A DNA stretch of 64,000 bases, taken from positions 4,402,001-4,466,000 of the forward strand of contig CM074522.1 in assembly GCA_037379345.1 (NCBI GenBank), read 5' to 3'. Source of the stretch: Perna viridis (taxonomy: Eukaryota). Position numbers and translations under genes: made by a program. Under the pieces are notes generated by a model. That model saw only the letters and a program-made list of their open reading frames with translations, was not told where the DNA came from and did not search any database. Shown here piece after piece: positions 51,500-64,000 of this stretch. Within the stretch, counting starts at the first letter, position 1. Each line of letters starts with the position of its first letter.

Positions 51500-54400
51500 C
51501 TGTAAGTTATAAGATACTTCTTTTAAGCATAGTAATTTTTATAATGAGCTAAATCGGGAACTAAAGACAAAAGCAAGTACCAAGATAAAGAGGAAAAACA
51601 CATCAAGGTACACTCAGTCCAGACTTCCCAATAAAAACTGAAATTTTCTACTACATGATTGCTTGCATTTATTGATAATTGCTGGCGTTGAACCTAATCC
51701 CCGTCTACATCCAGTTGTAGCACAGAACCATTAAATACAAGCTCCGCCCCTTCCTCCAGCTTAAACCTAAATTATTCCCAAATCCTGAAGAATTCTGTAT
51801 CTTTTCTTCACTTAAATGTACAAAGCATTAAACCATAACTTGAGCAAATATCAGTTGAATATAATGACTTCGATATCCTCTTATTTACGGAAAGCTGGTT
51901 AAAACAGACTGTATCTGACAATAAAATATCGATACCTGGATGCCAACTATTCCGCAAAGATAGACTAGTTCGTTTGGGTGAGGGTGTTGTTGTGTATGTA
52001 AGATCCAACATCGACTGTATCTGGCGTCCCGACTTTTGCGTTGGTCATTTAGAATGCTTACGGTTAGAAATAATACTTAAAAAGAAATCGTGTTTTCGGT
52101 ACATTTTATGTTCCACCAAATAGTAACGATAATATATGGGAAGAATTCTCGGAGTCTTTTGAATTAGCCCTGAATACTGATAAAGACATTATTGTAACAG
52201 GTGATTTTAAAATTAATCAAATATCTAATTCTCCAAACAATAAAATGGAAGATCTTCTAATGTTTAGCCTTCAGCAGTTAATCAGTGAACCTACCCATTT
52301 AACTGAACATTCATCATCCCATATTGACCTTATCATGGTAAATAATCCAATCAACCTGTTGATCACTGATGTAGGTCCGCCTCTTAGATCAAGTTCGCTT
52401 CCATTTACCCATTCTTGGAATATTAAATCTCCAAAAATCTAACCCACAAAAACCCTTTCAAAGAAAAATCTTTCTGTAAGAATAAGCAGATTATAACCTA
52501 CTGAGAGATCGTTTCGCTAGAGTAGATAGGGACTCCCTATTTGTAAATGAACAAATAGATTCGTCTACTACAAATATTACGGATAAAATTATTTCTGTCT
52601 GTGACGAGGTTATACCTAACCGCATCATTAGTATAAACAAGAAAGACCCACCTTGGATTAACTTTAGCTTAAAAAAATAATTAGGAAGAAAAACAGCTGT
52701 CATAACAAGGCAAAAAAGCATGATAGTCCGGGTAGTTGGGGGGAAATCAGAAAAATAACACCAAAAAATATAATCTAGCCATTAAAATGCGAAATCGGAC
52801 TATTATAGCAACATAGCAAACAAAATAATAAATGATAAGATTGAAGCAAAAAACTGGTGGAAATTAGTAAAATCGCTCTTTGGAAATTTTAATAAACATA
52901 AAATACCTCCTTTAAAGATTGGTGACGATCTTATCGACGATGACAAAGAAAAGACGTTGATTTTTAATGAATATTTCAGTGATCAATGTAGGGTAGACGA
53001 CTCGAATTAAGACCCTACCAGAACAAATAGACCAAGGAACTATATATTCCCTGTCCTCTATTAGTATCACTGACGGAGAAGTTGAAGATATATTTAAATG
53101 CTTAGACACAACTGAAGCTGTTGGTCCTGACAATATAAGTCCAAGAATTCCAAAAGAATAATCTTCTGTTTTGAAATGCCTCCTTAGCAAATTATTTAAT
53201 ATGTCCTAGCGTTTACGTAGATTCCCTTCAAGTTGGAGACTGGTAAATGTAACCCCTGTATGCAAATCGGGTTCTTAAAACGAAATAAACAATTACCTAC
53301 CTATATCTTTAATAAGTATAGTTGGGAAAGTCATGGAAAAGTGTCTTTAAACATCTATATAACTATCTTCGGTCTAATAAAATAATAACTTGTAACCAGT
53401 TTAGATTTACACCAGGATATTCACCCGTCAACCAATTAATAAGTATAATTAATGAATTTGGAAAAAAAACACTTGATCAAGGAAAGGAAGTAAGAGTTAT
53501 CTCCTGTGATATCAGTAAAGCATTTGATAAGGTTTGGCATCGAGGACTGATTTGTAAACTAAAGACTATTGGAATTGGCAATGATTTGTTAGAATGGTTT
53601 ACTAACTATTTACAGGAGAGGAAACAGCGTGTTGTTATCAACGATTCAATTGTTTTTCTGAATGGTTGTTGATAAGAGCAGGTGTTCCTCAGGGATCAAT
53701 ATTTGGTTCTTTATTGTTTCCTATCTTCATAAATGATATCGTTACCGAAATCAAGTCTACCACTAAATTATTTGCTGATGATACTAGCATATATCTTATT
53801 GTTGACAAACCCTGAATCAGCTGCTCTTACTCGGAACGATGACTTAAACAAAATCCATTTGTGGTCTGAGCGATGGTTTGTCACTGTTCCCGTAAAACAG
53901 ATCGAAGCATGACAGTCTCTAGAAAGACCAACAAACCTTATCACCCAGATTTGTACCTTAATAATAATATCATAGCCCAAGTTAATTACCATAAATATTT
54001 AGGTCTTACAATATCTGATGATGGTGGGTGGAATAGTCATATTGATATGATTACAACCAAAGCATACAATCGTTTAAATATATTACGAAAATTTAAAGTA
54101 ATTTTGGATAGACAGACCCTTGAAAAAATATACATAACTTTTATTAGACCGATTCTTGATGCCGATGTAATATGGGATACCAACACTGCTATTCTATAAC
54201 TCAAAGTTGAAAACATTCAAATTGATGCACCAAGAATAGTTACAGGGGGTACTAGATTAACATCAATTAACAATTTTTATATAGAAACTGAATGGCAGAA
54301 ATTATGTGTTCGGCGAGAAAATCACAAATTAACACTAATGTACAAGATTTTTAACAATATGACACCGCCTTATCTTCAAACTCTAATTCCTAACAGAGTA

Positions 54401-55140
54401 AACCAAACCCATAACTACCCAACTCGTAATTCTGACCGAATCCAATCATTTTATTGTAGAACATACCAATATTCTAATTATTTTCTACCTTCCACTATTC
54501 GATTATGGAACACATTACCAAGTGGTATTAAGACCACGCCATCAGTAAAAAAATTTCAAAACTCATCTCGAAAATGAGGTAGGCAAAAAACCAATATATT
54601 ACTATTGCGGATCACACAAAGGTCAACTCCTACATGCCAGACTTCGTCTTCAGTGTAGCGAGCTAAATAAAGATCTATACGAAAAAAACATTATTCCATC
54701 CCCATTATGCCAATGCAGCGAAATCTGCGAGTCATTTTTTACTGTTTTGTCCATTATATCAGCACTTCAATTTCCTGATCAACTGACTTCAAATATTCTC
54801 CTTATATTTGGATCAGATGAGATGTCTGATGAGTATAACGTTGAAATGTTTACCTAAGTTCAAAACTTTTTGATACAGAGCAAACGCTTCAAATTATAAT
54901 TATAACAACCTAAATCACAGAGTTACTTCTTTTGAATAATTTTGAAAATTCCTTATGACTTGAGTACATACATAGAGCATTAAATATCAACCTCTTCACT
55001 TTGCACCAAACTCACCAAATGCACGTTATGAGCACTAAAGCACTACTTCCTTGAACTATGCTATATATCAAGGATATAATTATTATTCACGATTTCAGGA
55101 GACGGATCGACACAAGACTTTAAGTCTTGTTTCTGAATCC
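51500..55140 (+). mobile_element. Decayed CR1/L2-clade LINE (APE endonuclease plus reverse transcriptase)
   Basis: Fragmented motifs HLNVQS, FTESWL, TGDF, SHIDL, DISKAFDKVWHRGL, GVPQGS, LFADD and HKYLGL, with many stops and frameshifts. 3' stem-loop ACAAGACTT/AAGTCTTGT at ~55111-55130. Confidence 0.9.
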
Positions 55141-58100
55141 TATGATTAATTTGCTATTGTTCGTTTCATTCTTCCTTCCAACAGATCCACTGCCTCAATA
55201 ATCATAAATGGTTACGGGAGCTTATAACATTTTTGTAGGAATTTGCTTATCTACATTATGGGGAAATTAATCTTTGTATCGAACTATATTTCTTCGAAGT
55301 TATTTTGAAAATAATTCAGTGGTTACTAGGTATAATCTAGTTTTGTCCACGTCAAATATACACCGGACGGTTGCGTGATGGAACTTTTCATGTCAAATTG
55401 TTTAAAACATCGGCCTCAGTATCATTCTGCAACTATTGTTATAATTGGTGGATGGATTTTCCTTTTATGGTCATTTGCCTATTTCATTCATTTTTTTTTT
55501 TTTCATCAATGGAGGATGGATTTTTCTTAATTTGTATATTGCTGCTTCGGTTATTTGGACGAACGGTTTCATCCGATCAACTCAGTTGAGACGCAATTTA
55601 TAAGGTTTTTAACTTGTTTGGTTTAAGATTGAATTTGGCTCCAAGTTTGATTACTGTAAAGTATATGTCCTAGCTCGACTTGTAGATTTTTTGACTTGGT
55701 ATGAAATCATCCATGTTTATTTTGTGGATCCCAACATGGTTTCAATACAACTATTTTTTTTCGAACAATTCAAAGTACTACTAATTATTCACTAAGAAAT
55801 GGTTCAGATATAATATTACCCTGCTGTAGCCTTTCTATAACAGCAGAATCATTTATTCACCCTACGGTAAGACATTGGGATAAACTAGATCAATCAACAA
55901 GAGATTTGGATTTGTTATCAAAATTCAAAAGCGAATTAAAACGTTAAGTAAAAACCAATATCTCCAAACACTATGTTTTTGGCCCCAGATGACTTATTAT
56001 TGTTCTAACACAAATGAAAGGCGGGGCACCATTTCATTATTATGACCTTCATAGAGTAAAAATTGTTGGTAATCCACTTGTAGATGTGGATTCAAAGTAG
56101 AAACTCAATACTGTGGCAGTGTGGAATTTAACCAGGAATTGACGGTGGATATAATGTTTATTGTATTTTACTTTTTCTATATATTTATGTATTGTATTTT
56201 ATTTATTATATGATATATGATTTGAGATTAATAAATGAACGGTTTATTTGTTTATTAAAACTTACTCACATATATATTAAAATGTATACACGTTGTTACT
56301 TGTATCAATAAAATTGATAGTCAGTTACTTTGACCGATGGATTTACCTATCAGCTGATGAGCTATTTATAGAACCCTGTTTCTGTTTTATTTATTGGTCT
56401 ATTCAGGTAACAAGTACATTAAAATTCTCTTTGGGTTTCCTTTGGAATGTGAGTACTATTCTCTATGAGTTTGCTGAGCTGGATGGCAGACATATTGATT
56501 TCTTTGAGAATTTTATAACTTAGTCTGTAGTTTCTGCCTTGTATTTCAACATAAATCTACTTTGGAAGTTTAGTTGTATTGCTGAGTTTCTGGAACTTGT
56601 ATTTGAGGTTTGCTTCTATATTTCTAGCACTTTATCCCTCTAAAATAACTTCGTCTTAACTGAGCAGCTAGTATGAGGTTGAAAGTTTAGTTTGAATCTG
56701 AGAATGAATTTGCAGTATGAAAAAAACATTTAAAAGAAACTAAATGATATAAAAGATTCTAAATATTTAAAATTGTTAAAAATTGAACTATTAAAACAAA
56801 AGTTTCAAAAGAGGCAACTCTTGAATGAATGTGATTTCTTATAGACAAATAGGAAATTTTAATGTTAAATGATGTTTATATCTAAGGATGTACTCAAAAT
56901 GTTTGGTGTTTGTAATGAATGTTATTATTGTTCCATTGACACATCAGTTATGAGACATATTTTTGCTTCAGGTTTTATATGATGTAGTATACTTTATTCT
57001 GTATTACACCAGACAGTTAACCTGACCTTTTCATCTATTTGAGAGGTAAGCATAAAGTTGTGTTTTTATTATAATAGTTTATGTTAACATTCCATTTGTG
57101 GCAATTTTTGGCAAACTTATGTTTTGCTGATATTTTAAATCTTACATGTTGCATACAATTTATAGAGTATAAGAGATCTGTACAGAATATCATTATCCCG
57201 TGTCCAATAATATTACGTTCCCATTCGGCATTACAATCTAATGCAATGAAATGCTCCTTTTTCAAAACAAATGAAGTTGTTCTAAAATGCACGAAACTGA
57301 CGAATACACCAGGATGATTTCGGTGGTTATTTCACCCTTTGTTTATAAGTTTGAGCAGAAATTTGTCAAAAATGATTAATACATGTATGTAATAGCCTGA
57401 TTCCATTCTTTATCGGAATCAATGATCTCCTTCAGTTTTTTGTAAATATTTGAATCCGCGCCACATGATGTACAGGCAACTTTTTCGATTGGTACTCATA
57501 TCTCCTTTCTTTATATATTTTTCCTGTCTAGGATTTTAGACTATTTATAATCTCATAGGGTTTTCTTTCTTAGCTAAATATCAAATGGCTTATTATGTGT
57601 CGTTTATACTTGAATATTGAAAGTGAACGACTGGTTTATTCAGGTAAATGCATTGAAATATATCAAAGCATAAGGCACTAATAAGAGGTGTTAGATGCCA
57701 ATTATTTTAATTGGATCGACATGTAGTTAATTAAGTTCGGAGTGAAAGTTGTTAATTGGTTTTGTTATTTAGCGTAAACAACATGGAATTCAACGTAATA
57801 TCTTAGAAATAACTGTAAAGTGGATATAAGCGTTTGCATTTGACCCCTAATAGGGTATGTATGCAGTGGAACTATATTCCTGCGGCGGTGTAATAGGAGA
57901 GTTCTTTGTGATTTCTTGGTTGGAGTAGCATGGGGCATCAACTTCAAATCACTTTAAGAGAAATTATTCAGGATTTTAGTTATACAAGCGTTAAAATTAA
58001 CAAACTGATTATAACAAAGTTATGATGAAAATACTGAGGAAGAGTGTGTTTTCAAAATACTAAAATATAATTAAAATGTCAAAATTTACCTGTAAAAATA

Positions 58101-58408
58101 AATATACTAATAAGTTATCAGTAACGGAAAGAATTTGGTCGACTTCTCACTGTTAATAAAAGTATTTCGTACTCATTATTATGCAATAAAAATTATAACA
58201 TTTTAAAGAGGTTTCCGTAATTTTTTAATATACGCATGCGCCAGGAGAAATGGCAGTGAATTTGAAAACGTGAAAAAAAATAGCTAAAAATGTGTTTTTA
58301 AGTTGAATAAAAGTAAATTCATGATAAAAGGATGGATTCATTTAGCACTATAAACTTTTATTGGTGATGACTTTCTGCTAACTGTAGACTACTCGATTAG
58401 CATGCGCA

Positions 58409-58494
58409 GAGCATGCTCAATACACACTTCCGCGAGGAAAATTGTTTTGTTGTACCCAAGCCTTACCTCGCGGAAGTGCATACTGAGCATGCTC
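58409..58494. repeat. 29-bp inverted repeat (26/29 match) with 28-bp loop
   Basis: GAGCATGCTCAATACACACTTCCGCGAGG ... CCTCGCGGAAGTGCATACTGAGCATGCTC. Confidence 0.85.
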
Positions 58495-59194
58495 AACTTC
58501 TCACAAAAGGGTCTAGGCACAAGTCCACTCACTAGTTCGCCAAACATTGGTTATCAGCATTTTCAACAATTTCAACCATTCATGCAGCCTCCTCTTACAC
58601 ATTTAAACATCCCCCCAATTCGTCAGGAATAGAGAGCTGTTTGAAAGAACTATGTCAACGGATGTCAAGCGTTGAAACTAGATTAAAATTAAATCTCGAC
58701 TAGACAAAATGGATTCAAAACTCCACAAATTGGATGGTGAAATTTCTAGTTGTAAGGATATAATATGTCATATTGAGCAAAGTGCACAATTTCTTTCGGA
58801 TATATATGATGAACATAAACAGCTGAAAGTTGAAATGGATTCAATCGCAAACATGATAGAATCCGAGAGGTCTGAAAACAAATATATGCTGTAAAAACTT
58901 ACTGACATTGAAGCACATAATCTACGACAAAACTTGCTTCTCTAGATAGAAGAAAAACTACCGAAACCGGTATAGAGGGGAGTGAAACGGGAAACGTAGA
59001 TGAAGCGGGGCAAAAGAAGGAAAGCAAAAATTGTGTACAAACTATATTAGACTTTTGTTAAAAAGTTTTGAAGATTGATGACGCTAGAACAACTATAAAA
59101 ATCGAGCGTGCATATCGATTTGGAAAAGAAGAAAAAAATAGACGCGCCGAAGCCGAGACCGATAACAGCAACATTTTGCGTTTTTTTTCTTTTT

Positions 59195-60163
59195 CACAGA
59201 GGAAGATGTTTACAAAATGCTGGAATCGACAACATATTTGTCCAGTGTGGTGGACGTGTTTTTCAACAAACGGTCGGCATTCCAATGGGAACAAATTGTG
59301 CTCCTTTACTTGCTGACCTATTCCTTCACTCTCATGAGGCTGACTTTGTAGCTGGTCTGATCAGAAAAAAAGAATATCGTTTGGCTAGATCCTTTAATCT
59401 CAGTTTCCGCTATATAGATGACGTATTATCTTAAAACAATCCTAATTTCGGGGATTTGATACATCGCATCTACCCAAAAGAACTTGAGATAAAGGATACT
59501 ACAGACACTGTGAAGTCAGCCTCATATCTTGACCTACACTCAGAAATCGATGGTAAAGGAAAACTATTGACCAAACTTTACGACAAATGTGATGACTTTT
59601 CATTCAGAATTGTCAACTATCCTTTCATCTGTGGCAACATCCCTTCGGCTTCTGCGTATGGAGTGTTCATATCACAACTCATACGTTATGCCAGAGCTTG
59701 CCGAAACTACGCAGACTTTCTGTATCGCGCCAGAACTCTAACAAATAGGCTTCTGGGACAGGGTTATGTTGCTACAAGATTGAAGTCATCACTACAGAAG
59801 TTTTATGGTCGTCATCATGAACTCGTGGATCGTTATGGTGTATCCATCAGCACCATGAAAACTGATTTATTCAATGGGTCATAGTTTTCCTTTCCTCGTT
59901 TGTCTACCCCGGACTTGACTTTTTATGAGCAACTCGGCGGGTGTTTCTAGAAAAGCAGAGGACGCTTACCCTACCGGTGCACCTGGTCCATGCTCCCAGT
60001 TTTCAGTGGAGTCCGAGTTGCTCATTTACTTTTGTTATTTTGTATGTATGATTTTAGTTACTTTATGATCTTTGTTGTGTATGTCTGTTTTCCGTGTCTG
60101 GTCTTTGTTCCTGGAATACATTCTTTTGATTACCGCTATAACCTTGGTTCTCTTGATTACTCT
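59195..60163 (+). mobile_element. 5'-truncated Penelope-like retroelement inserted in LINE ORF1
   Basis: RT motifs VFQQTVGIPMGTNCAPLLADLFL and FRYIDD. The ORF ends after the RT thumb with no C-terminal GIY-YIG domain. LINE ORF1 resumes at 60164 (DREKV). Confidence 0.92.
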
Positions 60164-61598
60164 TTTTGATAGGGAAAAGGTGCAAAGTGTATCAAATACA
60201 CTCAAGTGCAGGAAATTCGGAATTAGTCCACACTATTCACAAAATGTTTTGGAAAACGTAAAAAGTTAATTCCAATTATGATTATAGCATGGAAGTAAGA
60301 TTAACGTGTACTTAGTGGGAGACAAATAATATGTTAACGGGCAGCTGTGGAAGCCATAGGAATTAGCGGAGTGTGATAAGGATATCCCAACACATAGTTT
60401 TAATACCTTAAAATTATGTTCATGGAATATATCCAAAGGTTTAATGCGGAAATTATGAGATAGTAAATTCCTTGAGTTCGTTAACGATTATGATATTTTG
60501 TGTTTGAATGAGTGTTGGGTAAAATGCCCAGAAGATTTTGGATTGACCGGTTATGATAGGAAGTTTCTAGCCAGGGAAAGTATAACGGAGCAGGGGTTGT
60601 TGTGTTTTATAGAAAATGGCTTAATGCAAAATTTATAGAAATCATAAAATGCTGTGATGATTGTATGATATGGTTTAAAATAGATAAGAGTATTTTGTTG
60701 GACGGAAAAGATTTATATGTTTGCTCCATATATATGCCTCCTGATAAAAACATTTTTACAGGTAATATGACTTTGATGTTTTTGATATCCTACAACAAGA
60801 AATAGAAGAATTTAGTAATTTGGGAACTGTTTCAGTCATAGGGGACATTTGGGAACTGGTTCAGTCATAGGGGACTTAAACGGCTGTGTTGGACTTGAGC
60901 CAGACTTTATTGTTGGTAATGATTTAAATAAACAATTATTAGAAAATATATCATTTTTTAGATTATGTAAATGATACTGTAAGACTATCAGAAGATGATG
61001 TAGTGATTAATACTTTTGGTTGACGTATTTGACAGTTACATGTATGTAGATCAACTGGGTTAAGAATATGTAATGGTCGATTTGGAGAGGACAGTGCAAA
61101 ATAACATTTAATAAAAAAAATGGTTGTAGTATTATTGACTATATGTTAATCTCACATAATGATATGTACAAAAATAGCTTAGAAATTTTATGTTGGATTG
61201 TTTACTAGTTTTTCATGCCACGCCCCTATAGCGGTAGAATTTTACCTCAATTGTAATAATGTGATTAAAGATCAATATACATGTACATGTAATGATACCT
61301 ATAGAAAGGTTTATAACTGGAAAGAAGGGTTTGAAGATGGCATCAAAAATAAAATAATGTCAAGTACACTAAAGTTTGAAGAACTACCAATAAGTATTGG
61401 TTGTGATAGTGATATTGATAACTGTGTCAGTAATCTGAATAATATATTTATATGATATTTTTGAAGAATATACAAAATCGGAAATAAAAATTGCTAAATT
61501 TTGCGATAAATGTGTTGGTCAAAGTAAAGCATGAAGATTGATAAACCTTGGTTTTCTGAAGAATGCAAAGACATATATATATAAACAACGTCTCAGAA

Positions 61599-61973
61599 TG
61601 TGACGACTCTATTCGCTTCACTGCTCCATCGGATCAAATTGATACAGGGAAGATAACGTAAACTTATAGAAGGGTCTGAAAAATTCCCAACGATGTTAGA
61701 ACTGTCAAATTTGCGAAGCAAATTTTTGGTCGTTCCCTCCGCGGGACTCGAACTGCTGTGACATCTATGGCAACACCGCCTGCACTAAGTCCAGCGCCCT
61801 AGACCACTCGGCCAGCTAGGCTATATAAAAATAAAGATTTCGCTGGCCGGGTCATTCCTCCTCGTAGGATTAATCTAGGGCTGTAACTTAGTACACGATG
61901 TATGGTAGTACGGGACAGTTCATCTAGGTGTTATTATGTAGGATAGAGGATCATATTAATGATGCATGTCACA
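61599..61973 (-). mobile_element. 375-bp LTR-like element (TGTGAC...GTCACA) containing a tRNA-derived segment
   Basis: Inverted 6-bp termini. Internal 61821-61733 reads GCCTAGCTGGCCGAGTGGTCTAGGGCGCTGGAC...GTTCGAGTCCC (Pol III A and B boxes). It interrupts LINE ORF2, and a partial second copy lies at 20910-21023. Confidence 0.65.
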
Positions 61974-62471
61974 ACAAATCAATATTATACATACAGTATC
62001 AAAAGGCGTTGAATAAATTTAATAATTCAAGTTCGAATGAGAATATGCTTACTTTAAACCTAGCGAAGCAGCGTTATAAGTATTTAGAAAACAATTGAAG
62101 AGACAGTATAAGAGACAACGGGGATATATGCTAATAGTATCTTCTTTAAGGAGACCAATCCTAAACGTTTTTACAGAAAGTTTAAAAATAGAAAAATTGT
62201 TGTCAGAAGTGACATCGCACTCGAACAATTCAAAGAACGTTTTAAAAACTTAAAGAGAAATAAAGGAACACAAGGAGAAGACCATGTGACTGACGAAGCA
62301 ATGTTTCATGAATTGGATTTTACCATTTACATAGGATGAAATAGAGTCATGTATAAAAACTTTAAGACGGGATAAAGCAACGGGTTATGACCATGTTATG
62401 AAGGAATATATTTTGATGACTAACTATTTGATAAAGCCGGTACTTCACAAATTGTTTAATTTAATCTTAAA

Positions 62472-63352
62472 GGCTAGAAACCACTAATTCCACTTCCCAT
62501 AGGCTTCTATGCAAATTTCACAATATTCAATGGCTTCTCTGGACTTTACCTTAACTTTAACCTGCAGAGGACTATATATCAGCATGATTCTACATATGTC
62601 AGCTCACAATCCTCAGAATGGCAAGTGGGGTTAGCAGATTTGTAGTGCAGTACTGGTCACCGGAAGTGAAGTGTCTATTAAGGCTAAAAACCACTAATTC
62701 CACTTTCCATAGGCTTCTATGCTAATTTCACAATATTCAATGGCTTCTCTGGACTTTACCTTAACCTGCAGAGGACTATACATCAGCATGATTCTACATA
62801 TGTCAGCTCACAATCCTCAGAATGGCAAGTGGGGTTAGCAGATTTGTAGTGCAGTACTGGTCACCGGAAGTGAAGTGTCTATTAAGGCTAAAAACCACTA
62901 ATTCCACTTTCCATAGGCTTCTATGCTAATTTCACAATATTCAATGGCTTCTCTGGACTTTACCTTAACTTTAACCTGCAGAGGACTATATATCAGCATG
63001 ATTCTACATATGTCAGCTCACAATCCTCAGAATGGCATGTGGGGTTAGCAGACTTGCAGTGCAGTACTGGTCACCGGAAGTGAAGGGTCTATAAATAGCA
63101 TGGGAAGTCCCAGTGTTTTCACAAGATAGGGGTATATTTAAAAATCATTATGGAGATTAGGCTTCACATCACAAGAAGCAAAATGCACCTATAAAATGTA
63201 CAGAAATGTTTTTCCTTTCAGAAACTGTTTAAATTTTTTAAATAAGATGAGAACTTTTTTCACAGCACTATGAGGAACAGGGGTAATTTCTGCGTAGGAC
63301 TATTTTTGCGTACGTTCCAAATGCTCATTGGTTGAATTGGTGGTCTGTAACC
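62472..63352. mobile_element. Kolobok-like non-autonomous transposon with a triplicated left end
   Basis: 4-bp TSD TAAA (62468-62471 and 63353-63356), GG...CC termini and imperfect TIR GGCTAGAAACCACTAATTC / GAATTGGTGGTCTGTAACC. Removing it restores LINE LFNLILNSGDFPEIW. Three 204-210-bp tandem units start at ~62470, 62680 and 62884. Confidence 0.85.
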
Positions 63353-64000
63353 TAAACTCTGGTGACTTTCCGGAAATTTGGATGCAGAGCATAATAATTC
63401 CAGTATTTAAGAAAGGAAACATGAACGATGCAGAAATCTACAGAGGCATTTCGTTGGTGTCACAGGGTGGTAAAGTTTTCAACGCAATTTTGAATAAAAG
63501 ACTAACAAAATGGAGTGATAACCATAATATATTGACTGATGCACAATTTGGATTCAGACCGGGATATGGTACTACTGATTCCATCTTCGCCCTTCATTTT
63601 TTAATTTCAAGGTCCTTAAAAAGGGGTCAAAGACTATTTTGCTGCTTTATAGATTATAGTGGAGCATTTGACATTGTTTCTCATTTCAAACTTTAACTGA
63701 GAATATCAAGGTGTGTTATGACCGGTAAACATTTATATATCATAAAATAAATGTATTTTAAGTTGAAATATATTAAACTGAATAGTGAATTTTCAGATTT
63801 TTTTAGTCAAATATTGGTTTAATGCAAGGTGAAACATTATCTTCCCTTCTTTATTCTTGATACGTCAGTGACTTTGAAATTGAACTTGTCAATCAGTGTT
63901 GTAATTCATATGAATTAAAAATGTTAAACTTGTATTTATTAATGTATGCAGATGATACATTCATTCATTCATAACTTTATTTCCTCTTACAAGAGATATG

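Larger units (their letters stand above)
58500..63960 (+). mobile_element. Decayed two-ORF LINE with three nested insertions
   Basis: ORF1-like coiled coil with RQNLL, IERAYRFGK and PRPI motifs. Endonuclease motifs CSWNI, ILCLNECW, IYMPP, GDLNG and IIDY. RT motifs YRGISL, QFGFRPG, FIDYSGAFD, MQGETLS and YADD (~63945). Many stops and frameshifts. Confidence 0.88.

Noticed and set aside
61733-61821. Functional tRNA gene
   Set aside because: The acceptor and anticodon stems do not pair properly and it sits inside a repeated element.

Overview
AT-rich animal genomic DNA with spliceosomal genes and a dense repeat load. The repeat types suggest a bivalve mollusc, which is an inference. I can support six protein-coding genes: a class A GPCR with a single coding exon (267-1286, minus), a complete six-coding-exon RER1 (41952-47887, minus, 193 aa), and four small secreted-protein genes (A 12517-14476 plus; B 17310-18791, C 27833-28898 and D 30517-31297 minus). 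The ORF track shows only the first exon of each small gene. Spliced by hand, all four have a signal peptide, a shared '[STA][PA][AD]Q..[LMI]..[LMI]' helix, a phase-1 intron and a short hydrophobic, Met-containing last exon with a 'P..LYMLMRG'-type motif. I do not recognise this family and it is the best candidate for an undescribed system here. Also notable: one RER1 splice acceptor is copied four extra times in tandem and once inverted, and genes C and D have matching TATA/Inr promoters. The rest is a 25-bp minisatellite, Penelope-like elements with a structured 3' end, two decayed LINEs, a tRNA-containing LTR-like insert and several MITEs. All gene models were read by eye with no database search or expression data.
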